A stretch of 64,000 nt of DNA from a bacterium (lineage in GTDB: Bacteria > Electryoneota > JAOADG01), in contig OY820579.1 in assembly GCA_963681965.1 (NCBI GenBank), positions 576,001 through 640,000 of the forward strand, read 5' to 3'. The translations under genes and the position numbers were made by a program. Each line of letters begins with the position of its first letter. Position 1 is the first letter of the stretch. Of the stretch, positions 48,504 to 59,193 are shown piece after piece. Below the pieces are notes generated by a model, which saw only the letters and a list, made by a program, of their open reading frames with translations, did no database searches and was not told where the DNA came from.

Positions 48504-49274
48504 ATGCGAAAACTAATCTTCGCCATACTGTGCGTTGGTCTGATCTTTACTAACACAGTGTTTGCAACAGCTTCTACCCATATTTGGGCACCGAGCACCG
48601 ACATTCAACCTTTCAACCTCTGGCACATCACTTGGGACGGGTACTTACCGGCACAACTTGACAAAGATGCTCAAGGGAATGGTACGCGATTAGCACCAGT
48701 TACGAATCTAGGGATAACAACGGGGATATTACCCTTTCAGAAAGTGCAGATGGAGCTGGGAATCGACCACAAGGCGGGTCTCAGTACAGCGGATAAGTAT
48801 CCGATGTATGTCAATGCAAAAGTCGGTATTCCGGAAGGAACATTCGGAAAACATTTTCCGGCAATCGCGGCAGGTGGCTTCGATTTCGGGACGAAAGCCG
48901 ATGTAACCGATTACAATGTTTTATACGCTAAAGTCGCCAAAACATTTCCGACGATCGGAAAAATCTCGGTCGGCTATTTCAGCGGCAACAAAAAATTGCT
49001 ACTGAACAAAAACGGCGAGAAAGACAATGCCGGTCCGATGGTTGCTTGGGAACGCACAATGCCGGAAATTAGCGATAAATTGTGGCTTTGTGTCGACTAT
49101 ATGGGTACTAAAAGCGCGTATGGTACGCTGAATCTCGGTTTTTCGTGGAAATGCGCCGATAACATAAGCATTCTCTGCGGTTACGATATTGTCAACGATA
49201 AAGATCTTACCGGAGTGGAAAACTGCGTTACGGTTCAAGCGGATATCGATCTTAGATGCTTTGGCTGTAAGTAG
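48504..49274 (+). CDS. Exported protein, probable outer-membrane beta-barrel
   Basis: Signal peptide (MRKLIFAILC..VFA), amphipathic beta-strand pattern and a GGAG RBS. Confidence 0.6.
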   Translation: MRKLIFAILCVGLIFTNTVFATASTHIWAPSTDIQPFNLWHITWDGYLPAQLDKDAQGNGTRLAPVTNLGITTGILPFQKVQMELGIDHKAGLSTADKYPMYVNAKVGIPEGTFGKHFPAIAAGGFDFGTKADVTDYNVLYAKVAKTFPTIGKISVGYFSGNKKLLLNKNGEKDNAGPMVAWERTMPEISDKLWLCVDYMGTKSAYGTLNLGFSWKCADNISILCGYDIVNDKDLTGVENCVTVQADIDLRCFGCK

Positions 49275-49547
49275 TCTTGAACTAACGGGTTTTCACTCAA
49301 CCGACGGTGGGCAAATCGCCCACCGTTTCGGTTTTTGGAATTCGGCAAAATGCATCGAAAATAGCCACTCACTCCGAGTATCCTATTATATATTTGTTCG
49401 AAAAAAGAATATATTACTTCGTTTCAATACATATCCGGTTTCAACGATCCATCGACGTAATCGCTGGAACCACGACCCAATTTATTTCCGGTATTCCTTA
49501 CAGGCATCTTGAAGCCTGCTCCGATCCCTGCATAGCATGAGGCGACA

Positions 49548-51254
49548 ATGATTCATTCGCGGCATCTATTTTTAGTACTGGTCTTAACCGTCACAATGGT
49601 AGCACTTGCGGCTGCCGGCGATGTGGTTTTGACTACAATGCAATCCGAGTTGCAACGATCGATGGAAAATCTCGGTCACGCAACACCAAAAGCACCAATG
49701 TATTTCCTGCAATATTCCGTATACGACAAGAATTCGTTTACAATCGCATGTGTCGACGGTGGCTTGACCGAACCGCGGAAAAACCATTCCCGCAACTTTA
49801 CCGTCGACCTTCGTGTCGGTTCCAAAGCGCTCGATAACACCCACGAATTACGCGGCAGCAACAATTATCGCGACAACTACGAAGCGGCGCGCGAACAACC
49901 GTTCCCACTCGAGAACGACACTGCAGCCATGCGAACGCTGCTCTGGAACGAGACCGAGTATCGTTACCAAAAGGCGAAAGAGCGCTTCACCAAAGTACTG
50001 ACCAATAAGCAAGTCAAGGTGAACGAAGAAGAGCGCGCCGACGATTTTTCGACTGTGGCACCGCAAACCTTCGAAGAACCGTCGTCAATCACCAAACTCG
50101 ACACTGCCAAGTGGCGCAGTTTGATCAAGAAAATCGGGATGAAGTTTTCGAGCGACCCGGTTGTCACAAATTCCTATGTAACCATCAACACCAGCGATCG
50201 TACGACTTATCTGGTCAATACTGACGGTTCAAAGATCAAACAGACATTGCACTATGTCGTATTCGCGATGGATATCGACGGTATGGCAGAAGACGGCATG
50301 GATCTGTCGCGCTCCGAACAGTACAACAGCGCAACACCCGAGAACTTACCAACCGAAGATAAATTGCTTGCCGACGCCGACCGCTTAATTTCTGAGCTGA
50401 AATCGTTGATGAAAGCACCGGTCGTCGATCCCTATATTGGACCGGCAATTTTGAAAAACCGCGCCAGTGGCGTATTCTTCCACGAAATTTTCGGACATCG
50501 CATCGAAGGTCACCGACAAAAGAGCGCGACGGAAGGTCAGACTTTCACCAAGAAAGTGAATGAACTGATTCTGCCGAAATTTATCAGCGTGTACGACGAC
50601 CCGACTATGAAGAAGTTAGGCAAGACGGATCTTCGCGGTTATTACAAGTATGACGACGAAGGGGTTCAGGCACAGCGCGTTGCGATCGTCGAACATGGCA
50701 TCCTTCGCAACTTCCTCACCTACCGTTCACCGTTAAAGCAGTTCCCGAACAGCAACGGACACGGTCGTCGCGAAGGCGGCAATCCGATCGTCAGCCGACA
50801 AGGTAATCTGATGGTGGTCGCCGATACCGAAGTGACGTACGACCGCTTGAAAGCAATGTTGATTGAAGAATGCAAGCGACAAAATAAACCATACGGTTTA
50901 ATTTTCGACGATATTTCCGGTGGCTTCACGACCACGCGACGCCAAGGACCGCAGGCATTTAAAGTATTGCCACTGCTGGTTCACCGAATTTATGCCGATG
51001 GCAAACCCGACGAAATCGTTCGTGGTGTCGACATTGTCGGAACGCCATTAACGAGTTTCAGTAAAATTATTATGGCAGCAAACGACACCGATGTCTTCAA
51101 CGGTACGTGCGGCGCCGAATCCGGATATGTTCCGGTATCGGCATCCTCGCCCAGCATTCTCGTCTCCGAAATCGAAGTCGAGAAACGTCAGAAGGGTCAG
51201 GAAAAACCGCCAATTCTTCCGCCACCGACGGCGAAGACGAGTAGTGGGCACTAG
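49548..51254 (+). CDS. TldD-family metallopeptidase with signal peptide
   Basis: FFHEIFGHRIEG, DDP, YDDEG, SNGHGR and GTCG.ESG.VPVS..SP. Confidence 0.88.
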   Translation: MIHSRHLFLVLVLTVTMVALAAAGDVVLTTMQSELQRSMENLGHATPKAPMYFLQYSVYDKNSFTIACVDGGLTEPRKNHSRNFTVDLRVGSKALDNTHELRGSNNYRDNYEAAREQPFPLENDTAAMRTLLWNETEYRYQKAKERFTKVLTNKQVKVNEEERADDFSTVAPQTFEEPSSITKLDTAKWRSLIKKIGMKFSSDPVVTNSYVTINTSDRTTYLVNTDGSKIKQTLHYVVFAMDIDGMAEDGMDLSRSEQYNSATPENLPTEDKLLADADRLISELKSLMKAPVVDPYIGPAILKNRASGVFFHEIFGHRIEGHRQKSATEGQTFTKKVNELILPKFISVYDDPTMKKLGKTDLRGYYKYDDEGVQAQRVAIVEHGILRNFLTYRSPLKQFPNSNGHGRREGGNPIVSRQGNLMVVADTEVTYDRLKAMLIEECKRQNKPYGLIFDDISGGFTTTRRQGPQAFKVLPLLVHRIYADGKPDEIVRGVDIVGTPLTSFSKIIMAANDTDVFNGTCGAESGYVPVSASSPSILVSEIEVEKRQKGQEKPPILPPPTAKTSSGH

Positions 51255-51284
51255 GAATTGAGTCAATCAACCGTTGAGGCTATC

Positions 51285-53000
51285 GTGAAAAAACTGCTTA
51301 TAACAATCACTATCATCGTCCTCGCGACACTCGCTAGTGCCGCTCCGGACGTGGTCTTTCAGGCGATGACCGACGAATTGCAACGAACGATGGATAGTTT
51401 GTCGCTCGAAGGTATGTCGAAACCCTATTACGCCGCATATCGAGTGATCGATTCCGATAATTACACCATCGAAGGTTGGGATGGTGCACTCACCAAATCC
51501 GATCCCGGCAAGAGCCGATTGATGACAATGGAATTGCGCGTTGGTTCGCCGACCCGCGATAACGGCTGGTTTGTCGGATCCTACAACGATTTGTATGTCT
51601 CGCCACGATCGATGCCAGTCGAGAATGAATATCTCTCGATCCGCCACCAAATCTGGCTGACTACCGACAAGGCATACAAAAACGCCCTGGAAAATCTTGC
51701 TCGCAAGAATTCATATTATCAGTCTCATCCGACTTCCGAGATGCTGCCGGATTTCTCCAGTGCCGATACAACCCATCTATTGCTGGAACCGTTATCGTTA
51801 GCGGCAGATGTCAAAGTAATGGAAGTTACCGTTGCCAAGCTTTGCGAAGCGCTCAAGAAACACTCCACGTTGAACGAATGGAAAGTTTCCTATTCGGCAA
51901 CGACGAGCAATCGCCGCTACTTGAATTCCGAAGGGAGCAAGGCGTTGACCGGTGCACAGACGCAATCGTTGGAGATTTCCGCTTCCGCTCAAGCATCCGA
52001 CGGACAACGCCTGTCTACATTCAAACGCTTTTATGTTCGCGACGACGATAAGCTGCCGACCCGCGAGGAGTTGATTAAACTGGTCGACGCCTTTGCCGCC
52101 GAATTGGAAGCAATGGCTGCCGCGACACCATTGACGGACTATTCCGGTCCGGTGTTATTCTCCGGCGACGCCGCATCGCAATTACTGTCGGAATTGTTTG
52201 TCTACAACCTCTCACCGGTGAATAAAATTCCCGCATTTGACGATCGAGTCGAAAGCTTCTTAACTCAGGGTAAATATGCCGTCCGATTGAATCGACGCGT
52301 ACTTCCCGAATTCATGAGTATCGTCGACGATCCCGGTTTGAAAACTTGGAAGAATCGCCGTTGCCTTGGCTATCGATTGATCGACGACGAAGGGGTAAAA
52401 CCGCAACGTTTGACGTTAGTTGAAAACGGTAAATTGGTCGCACTACCAGCGACTCGTGTGCCATCGAAAAAGATTTCCCGCACCAACGGACACGCGCGGA
52501 TGCTGGCAAATCAGTGGATTATTCCCAGCGTAACGACGGTGGCAGTTCAAGCAAAGAATCCGGTATCGTTCGATGCGTTGATTGGCAAGATCCGCGAAAT
52601 GTGTCGTGAAAGCGGCGTCGAGTATGGACTGCTGATCAAGCAATTGAGTGATTCGCAAGTCGATCAGACCTATTCTTGGAGTGAACCCGGAAACGACGAT
52701 CAACAACAATTGTCGTCGCCAATCATTGCCTACAAAGTCTTCGAGAAAGATGGTAAACTTGAACCGGTGCGTGGTCTGATGTTCGACGAAGTATCGATTC
52801 GCAGCTTACGTGACATCATCGCTGTCGGTAATGACGACGAATTGTACAACATGCAGCAGCCAACCATTTTCGGACCGGGTAACAACGTGGCAATCTCACT
52901 CATTACGCCATCGTTATTAATCGACGAAATGGAACTGAAAGCATCGCAGAAGCAAGAGCCGATGTTCCAGAGTCCACGACCGTTGGTCGAAAATAAGTAA
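51285..53000 (+). CDS. TldE/PmbA-family partner with signal peptide
   Basis: Paralogous to the upstream gene (YSGPVLF, DDP, DDEG, NGHAR) but lacks HExxxH; GTG start at 51285. Confidence 0.85.
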   Translation: MKKLLITITIIVLATLASAAPDVVFQAMTDELQRTMDSLSLEGMSKPYYAAYRVIDSDNYTIEGWDGALTKSDPGKSRLMTMELRVGSPTRDNGWFVGSYNDLYVSPRSMPVENEYLSIRHQIWLTTDKAYKNALENLARKNSYYQSHPTSEMLPDFSSADTTHLLLEPLSLAADVKVMEVTVAKLCEALKKHSTLNEWKVSYSATTSNRRYLNSEGSKALTGAQTQSLEISASAQASDGQRLSTFKRFYVRDDDKLPTREELIKLVDAFAAELEAMAAATPLTDYSGPVLFSGDAASQLLSELFVYNLSPVNKIPAFDDRVESFLTQGKYAVRLNRRVLPEFMSIVDDPGLKTWKNRRCLGYRLIDDEGVKPQRLTLVENGKLVALPATRVPSKKISRTNGHARMLANQWIIPSVTTVAVQAKNPVSFDALIGKIREMCRESGVEYGLLIKQLSDSQVDQTYSWSEPGNDDQQQLSSPIIAYKVFEKDGKLEPVRGLMFDEVSIRSLRDIIAVGNDDELYNMQQPTIFGPGNNVAISLITPSLLIDEMELKASQKQEPMFQSPRPLVENK

Positions 53001-53022
53001 ATCGCAATTATTGAATAGAGTT

Positions 53023-53057
53023 CGGGCGCACAAATTCGTTTTGTGCGCCCGTTTTTT
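53023..53057 (+). terminator. Rho-independent terminator
   Basis: CGGGCGCACAAA..TTTGTGCGCCCG-TTTTTT. Confidence 0.85.
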
Positions 53058-53060
53058 GTA

Positions 53061-53174
53061 TAGTATCTCTTGAAAATAAGTTGTTATCGGTAGTAGGGGC
53101 GGACCCCCGCGTCCGCCCGCAGGTCAGGCGAAGCCTGACACCGAATCACGTCAACTTATTTTCAAAAACCAATA
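53061..53174. mobile_element. MITE-like element, copy 4
   Basis: Near-identical to 44363-44475. Confidence 0.85.
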
Positions 53175-53185
53175 TCAAGATTTTT

Positions 53186-53503
53186 TTACTCGACCACTGT
53201 CACAGTATAGACATATTGCAACGGTACCGATCCGGTATTGCGAACATAGTGCAGTGTGCGAGGTGGTACGTATGCCATCGCTGGTGCGACTAGCGGCAAA
53301 GGATCGCTGCCGGAAATAGCTAGCTCACCCGTTCCGGACAACACAACAAGCTGTTCTTCGTATTTCTCGGTAGAGTGTTCTTCGCCACTGGTGCCGGGTT
53401 GCAACGATACACATCCCGAGTGAAGTTTGAACGCATCGGTTCTCAGTAACAACGGTTCATAATTGGTTGCAGTCGATGGAAGCGGTTTGGTGAATGGGCG
53501 CAT
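53186..53503 (-). CDS. Cupin domain protein
   Basis: LQPG...EHST..YEE.LVVLSG and YVPP.T.H.VRNTG. Confidence 0.85.
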   Translation of the reverse strand: MRPFTKPLPSTATNYEPLLLRTDAFKLHSGCVSLQPGTSGEEHSTEKYEEQLVVLSGTGELAISGSDPLPLVAPAMAYVPPRTLHYVRNTGSVPLQYVYTVTVVE

Positions 53504-53565
53504 GAGTTGTTCTCCGGTTATCTGTTCCCTAATATAATTGAATCACTGAACTATCTCGAGACCCA

Positions 53566-54123
53566 ATGTCAGCGAATCGAATTATCCTCACCGAGCAATT
53601 TTCGACCCCCCTCGGCACGATGATTGCCGCAGCCGTGGAAGAAGGCGTTTGTCTGTGCGAATTCAGCAACCGGCGAATTCTCGAACGCGAATTCACCACA
53701 CTGGAAAAACTCCTGCGCGCGACTCGTACCGAAGGCAGCCATCGCCATATCGAGCATCTGAAACTGGAGTTGCACGAATATTTCCACCATCAGCGCCAAA
53801 CATTCACAGTACCGCTCGTTACCCCCGGCACTTCATTTCAGCAACAAGTTTGGAAGGAATTGTTGAATATCCCCTACGGCACCACCCGATCCTACAAGCA
53901 GCAGGCAATCGCTCTCGGTAATTTGGCGGCAATCCGCGCAGTTGCACATGCCAACGGCATGAACCGGATTGCGATTCTGATTCCGTGTCATCGAGTAATC
54001 GGCGATGATGGGAGTCTGATTGGTTATGGTGGTGGCATTGAACGGAAGCGGTGGTTGTTGCAGCACGAACAAGCAAAATCCGACGGCAGCAAACAGGAAA
54101 ATCTGTTTGCCGGGTCGGACTAA
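53566..54123 (+). CDS. ogt: Methylated-DNA--protein-cysteine methyltransferase
   Basis: GT.FQ..VW..L..IPYG.T.SY, IPCHRV and GYGGG...K..LL.HE. Confidence 0.93.
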   Translation: MSANRIILTEQFSTPLGTMIAAAVEEGVCLCEFSNRRILEREFTTLEKLLRATRTEGSHRHIEHLKLELHEYFHHQRQTFTVPLVTPGTSFQQQVWKELLNIPYGTTRSYKQQAIALGNLAAIRAVAHANGMNRIAILIPCHRVIGDDGSLIGYGGGIERKRWLLQHEQAKSDGSKQENLFAGSD

Positions 54124-54149
54124 TACCAGTTATTCGTGATAAAAAAAGA

Positions 54150-55250
54150 TTATTTCGGCATCGCGACGAGCGCTTTCGGACCGGAATCGGTGTAGAGTTC
54201 GTAGGTGATGCCCGTTCGCATCCGAATGAGAATTTTATTCGCATCCTGCAAGGAGATTGCCACACCACCTTGCGGCAAGGTGATCACCCGGCTCGGTCCA
54301 CCGGTGACGGCAATCGGAGCATACAAGATCCACGCATCCAATCGTGCAATCTGAATCGATTGATCGCTCGAAGTACCATAAGGGCGTGCCGGCATGATTC
54401 CCCAAACGGCACCAGTGGAATCGACGTCGATTGCTAAATCCCCCGGGTAAGCATTAATTCCGAGCGGCAGCGATAACGGTTGCAGTGTCGCAGGATCCAG
54501 CCGCCAAAGCGATCCCGTTGTCGAGGCGTAATCGCCGGTACAGAGCACATACAGAATGTTATTATAGTACCGGGTGACCTGAGGATTCAGCCCGACTGTC
54601 GTGCGCCGAATCGTATCAGTTAATGCGGAATCGCACATTACCACTTCTCCGGTACCATATTGCGAAGTCGAGATCATGTTGGTAATCGTCACAACCACTC
54701 GACCATTCGGTAACACAGTCACTCCCTGCGGATAATAACCTACCCACAAAGTGCTAATCAGATCCTGCGACTCGTCACTGGCATTGCGCATACTGACGGT
54801 ATTCGCATACAAATTCGAGTAATAGTAATAATTTCCAGTGGGAGTAAATGCAAAATTATAGGGATGGGGATTAGGATTTTCGCCATCACTCAACAAACTA
54901 ACGTCCGAGAAATAAACTGGCGGATTGATTTTAGTACTCTGGATCCGGTAGCGTAAAATTTGCGCTGGATCGGAATGCAATACCCAGAGTTCGTTCGTGT
55001 TGGGTCGCACCAGCATATCGTTCGAGAGATCACCCAAACCTTGGGTTGATTTCTGTAATCGACCCGTTTGGAGATCCGTTACCGAAAGTGTTCGGGCAAA
55101 TTCATTTGCAGCAAAGACCACATCGAGCGAATCGGGCGTGCCTCCCGATGCCGATACCCCGCTACCACCACCGCTAGTGCAACCGGTTAGCAGCGCAACA
55201 ATTGCGAAACTTACAGCAATAACGATTCCATAAATTCGTTTCTTACTCAT
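54150..55250 (-). CDS. YncE-like beta-propeller lipoprotein (BtuG-like candidate)
   Basis: Lipobox LLTGC; VGYYPQG and VGLNPQ blade repeats; last gene of the riboswitch operon. Confidence 0.7.
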   Translation of the reverse strand: MSKKRIYGIVIAVSFAIVALLTGCTSGGGSGVSASGGTPDSLDVVFAANEFARTLSVTDLQTGRLQKSTQGLGDLSNDMLVRPNTNELWVLHSDPAQILRYRIQSTKINPPVYFSDVSLLSDGENPNPHPYNFAFTPTGNYYYYSNLYANTVSMRNASDESQDLISTLWVGYYPQGVTVLPNGRVVVTITNMISTSQYGTGEVVMCDSALTDTIRRTTVGLNPQVTRYYNNILYVLCTGDYASTTGSLWRLDPATLQPLSLPLGINAYPGDLAIDVDSTGAVWGIMPARPYGTSSDQSIQIARLDAWILYAPIAVTGGPSRVITLPQGGVAISLQDANKILIRMRTGITYELYTDSGPKALVAMPK

Positions 55251-57184
55251 CGTAATACCTCTAGTTTTTTACTCCAAGTACATGATAATTCATAATATCT
55301 GCCGGGTAACGGAACACCTTCTAATGCCCAACGTTGCCGGTTAAAGGTGTTACGTACCGAAAATCCGATCTGAAAATTTGTTGCGATCGAAAACCATGAA
55401 GCCGGGAAATCGATACTACTCGATAGATCCAACACCGATTCATCGGGTAAATCGTTCCCCTGAACGGTCAATGGGTCGGTATTCGATTGCAGTAAGTACC
55501 GGCGCGATTGATAGAACCAGCGTGGGGAAACATTTATTCCTAATTGTTTCCAAGTGGTTCGGTATGTGACTTGACTTTGCGCTTGATAAAGCGGAATCAA
55601 GGGCATACGTTTCCCGTAGTTGATGTCTCCATCGGTATCGTTGCGCGAATCAGTCTTCGCGGCGGACAGTTCCAGACTGAAATGATCCGTCGGATTGAGT
55701 TGGGTTTTCACAATTCCGCCAGTGGAAATCGACCGTAATAGATTTCTCGGAACGAATTGTCCCCTAGAGTTTTGACGCCAAACGACGCCATTTTCTGTCT
55801 CCCGACCGTATACCAGCATTGCCACAGAAAACCGCGGATCGGGTTGCCAAGAAACGTTTCCCTGTAACTCACGCGAATTTTCCGGTTTCAGTTCAGGATT
55901 TCCGGCGACAAACACATTCGGAGCTAGAAACATCTCATTGAATGTCGCCCAGCGCAGTGCCGATCCACCGCGAACCGAAACTTGAACCCCTTGATATGGT
56001 GAAAATCCGCTGGAAAGCTCACCGGTTCCGCGGGTAACCGTCACCCTCGACGGTTGCCAACAACCGCAATCCCCTTGGAATCGACCGGCAATCCACGGCA
56101 TAAAACGATTTCTACTAATAGTTTTCGTTGCTGAAACCGTGATCGATCCAGAATTTCGTTGTACAATCCACGCTTGCGATCCCGGCGCTTGGTAATGATC
56201 GGTAAAACGCACCCAATCCAAGCTAAAGCTACTGCGATATCTAATCTGATCGAACCAAAGCCGGTGTTGATAATCGCTGACCAGTGAAGCACCGCGCCAT
56301 TCACTCTGTTCATCCGCAGGAAAAAACGGGGTCGGACCTAGTGGCGAGGGTTGTGAAGCCGGTCGCGTAAAAGTGGTCTTATTGGTTCCTACCATGCCAT
56401 GAATTTTTACCGGTCCATGATAGCTCAAGGCAAGATTGATTCCGGTTTTTGTCTCTTCGGTGAGCGTTTCTACTGCTCGCCAAACCAAACCGGGAAGATC
56501 ATTTCGGTGATTTCGGTATTGCAGCGACAGCACGACGGGATTTTTTCGCGCAATCGGAAGTTGCGAGCAGAAATAAAGATTCGTGGTCTCGCTTCCGACA
56601 AACCGATCGCGGTGGAATTCATTATATGCTGGAAACGATCCACGTTCGTGTTTGTTGTGAGCGATACTCACTCCGATCGGATACCGTTCGCCACCCGAAA
56701 TCGCAAATTCCTCGGATTGCTCGCGCTCGGATGATAACCCAACATTTGCCTTCCATCCTGCCCATTTCGACGGTGAAAGAAGCGAAACATCGATAATTCC
56801 CCCCTGCGCTCCCGATACCGAACCGGCATCGACCTGAATCCGCTCGGTCGGCCAATGCGGAAGTTCAGTTAGATCGGCAAGTCCGGTGCGGGGATCGTTC
56901 CACACGACACCATCGACTTTCACAATCGTTCCGCCGGGAGGAGCACCCAGAATCCCGACACGAACGGGCGCATTCGTTCCAGAAGACCGAATTGTTAAGC
57001 CGGGTAATTCCCAATCCTGTCGGGTAGATCGCAAAGAATCGAGTTTGAGCGGTTGTGGTGAATCGGCAGTAACCTCGATCGGAGGAAGCGCTTTACTACG
57101 AATCGAATCTTGCGCATACGATCCGGTGATACTGAACAGGAGAGTGGCTATGACAAGGAGACGGTTACACACCCTGACACTCAC
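55247..57184 (-). CDS. TonB-dependent receptor (BtuB-like)
   Basis: GTG start overlapping the upstream stop, signal peptide, plug LPGL.I..VDGV..ND...G.ADL..ERIQV, GNPELKPE, and N.FN..PLPGR.Y C-terminus. Confidence 0.82.
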   Translation of the reverse strand: MSVRVCNRLLVIATLLFSITGSYAQDSIRSKALPPIEVTADSPQPLKLDSLRSTRQDWELPGLTIRSSGTNAPVRVGILGAPPGGTIVKVDGVVWNDPRTGLADLTELPHWPTERIQVDAGSVSGAQGGIIDVSLLSPSKWAGWKANVGLSSEREQSEEFAISGGERYPIGVSIAHNKHERGSFPAYNEFHRDRFVGSETTNLYFCSQLPIARKNPVVLSLQYRNHRNDLPGLVWRAVETLTEETKTGINLALSYHGPVKIHGMVGTNKTTFTRPASQPSPLGPTPFFPADEQSEWRGASLVSDYQHRLWFDQIRYRSSFSLDWVRFTDHYQAPGSQAWIVQRNSGSITVSATKTISRNRFMPWIAGRFQGDCGCWQPSRVTVTRGTGELSSGFSPYQGVQVSVRGGSALRWATFNEMFLAPNVFVAGNPELKPENSRELQGNVSWQPDPRFSVAMLVYGRETENGVVWRQNSRGQFVPRNLLRSISTGGIVKTQLNPTDHFSLELSAAKTDSRNDTDGDINYGKRMPLIPLYQAQSQVTYRTTWKQLGINVSPRWFYQSRRYLLQSNTDPLTVQGNDLPDESVLDLSSSIDFPASWFSIATNFQIGFSVRNTFNRQRWALEGVPLPGRYYELSCTWSKKLEVLR

Positions 57185-59193
57185 TAATCCCAAATATTCC
57201 AATTGACGCCCCAGACCTCTTCGCGATGCATCGCCGGATAACCGGGCATCGCTTCGTATGGCGACTGGAAGAAGTTCGATACGCCCCAATTGATGCGCAT
57301 CGAGTAAATTTTGAGCGAAACGAGGAAATCTACCGGTGTGACGGCGGATTTCGTCATCTTTCCACTCGTAGTAATAAATTCGCGCGCACCGATATGCCGG
57401 ATTCGACAGATGCCTTGCCACCAAAACGTATTCTGCTTCCAGTGCCCACTTGCACCGAGATCGAGTTGTCCCCACATAGCCGGAACGAAGTAAACCGTTC
57501 GTTCACTTTGCTGTGAGGTAATTACAAGATTGGCAATCCCCCAACCAAACGGTCGTGAGCGAAGTGTGGCACCATACATATGGTAGGTAAGCGATTTACC
57601 ATTCTCCGGTACAATTTTGTAACCGGTCGTATCGAGATCGAGACGATGTATGATCGGATTGGCGTCGTGAACCGTGGTCTCATATAGCGCTAGATCCGCC
57701 ACTCCGGCAAAACTCTTTTGCCATTGTGCACCAAATCGCCACTGCTGAACCGGTTGTAACGATTTATTACCCACGAACGGATACGGATCCTCGGATATAT
57801 ATACCAGTGGGTCGTACGACCATTCGAGTTTCGTGTCGGGAAGATTAGCAGTGCGTTCGAGTAATGTCGGCAATCGCACGGTACGCGCTGTCCACGCCGT
57901 CAGCGACTGCAGCGTATCCATCCGGTACTTCAGCGAAGCCAATCCCTGTGGTTGCACGGAGAAACCCCGCGCAGCGAGTGCGCTGATTTGCAATGTATTT
58001 TGAACGCGGGTACCAGCCCGATGCTCGACACCAGCTTCGCCGAGCGGTTGAGTGATGTGTCCGGCATGAGCAACCAATGCTCGTAATTCTTCGATCCGAG
58101 CAAATGCCGATGCGATTCCGGCACCGGTTTTGTAACTGAGTTTTCCGATCGTACCCAAGCGACGACCATCATCCATATAAACCGGATTGATTCGCGATTG
58201 TGCCGAAGTCCAGTATCCTTGTATACGCCAATCGAGTAGCCGTCCATGAACCGGTTGATCGATACGAACAATCGTTCCCAATGAATCGCGAATGGTATCC
58301 GGTAATGCCGGTCGTCCCTTCGAAATAATCGCATCGAGATCGTACCGATTCTGGGTTCGATAAAACGATGAATGCGCGATTCCGGTACTGTCGATATATT
58401 GCCGTGCCGAAACCACAACCGCTGGTTTTCCGAGTGGTTCGTGGCGATAGTTCAGGAAGTACGACTTTGTCGACAAACCGGTCCCGAGATAACGACCACT
58501 GGCTTGATTGACCGAAACACCTACTCCCCAAACATCGACGATATTAATCGGATTGTAGAATCGCCAATCGACATTCCCGAGTGAATAAAAGCCGTCGCGA
58601 TAATCGAGAATCATCAACGGGTGACGCGGTCGCGCGACCAGCGGTTCAACCGTAATTTTATTGCCACCCACTGCAAACGGACCGCCCGACATCCGCACAA
58701 TTCCGCGTGTCGATATTAACTCGGGTGGTGTCCAACCGCGGATCGGATCGGCATTATCGCGACCGAAGATTTCGATGTGTTGATCCACTGGATCGCTTGG
58801 TGTCATTGGAAATGTGGGTTGATTGAAGAAACCAAAATTAAGTGGATAAATCCCGGGAAGTTGTCGCCACAAATCGCCATTGGATCGTTCATCGCTGGTC
58901 TGGTATTGTTCGAGGGTAACGATTGGATCGATTCGGGTGGAGTCGTGCAAAACATATTCGAACGATTTGGGAATGATGTTCGATGAATCGATCGGAATGA
59001 GCGAAGAATTCTTGCGGGTTTTCACTTTGGGTTGCGTGCTGATGGGTCGTGGTTTGGCGAGTGAGTCCAGTTGGAATACGCGACCAGTATCGGCTCGACT
59101 ACCGGCTTTCGAAAATTCTGCGGCGATGACCGACGGCACCAGCATAGCTAGCGCAAACAATAGAATTACATATTTCCACAACAGTCGGTTCAT
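57184..59193 (-). CDS. Outer-membrane beta-barrel with degenerate plug (TonB-receptor/putative porin-like)
   Basis: Signal peptide, DLWRQLPGI plug-like segment and terminal WGVNWNIWD; ATG overlaps the upstream stop. Confidence 0.7.
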   Translation of the reverse strand: MNRLLWKYVILLFALAMLVPSVIAAEFSKAGSRADTGRVFQLDSLAKPRPISTQPKVKTRKNSSLIPIDSSNIIPKSFEYVLHDSTRIDPIVTLEQYQTSDERSNGDLWRQLPGIYPLNFGFFNQPTFPMTPSDPVDQHIEIFGRDNADPIRGWTPPELISTRGIVRMSGGPFAVGGNKITVEPLVARPRHPLMILDYRDGFYSLGNVDWRFYNPINIVDVWGVGVSVNQASGRYLGTGLSTKSYFLNYRHEPLGKPAVVVSARQYIDSTGIAHSSFYRTQNRYDLDAIISKGRPALPDTIRDSLGTIVRIDQPVHGRLLDWRIQGYWTSAQSRINPVYMDDGRRLGTIGKLSYKTGAGIASAFARIEELRALVAHAGHITQPLGEAGVEHRAGTRVQNTLQISALAARGFSVQPQGLASLKYRMDTLQSLTAWTARTVRLPTLLERTANLPDTKLEWSYDPLVYISEDPYPFVGNKSLQPVQQWRFGAQWQKSFAGVADLALYETTVHDANPIIHRLDLDTTGYKIVPENGKSLTYHMYGATLRSRPFGWGIANLVITSQQSERTVYFVPAMWGQLDLGASGHWKQNTFWWQGICRIRHIGAREFITTSGKMTKSAVTPVDFLVSLKIYSMRINWGVSNFFQSPYEAMPGYPAMHREEVWGVNWNIWD

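Noticed and set aside
57185-57475. Long N-terminal extensions in the ORF track (also 705, 24032, 24091, 59382)
   Set aside because: They overlap neighbouring genes. Downstream starts give proper signal peptides, RBSs or family N-termini.
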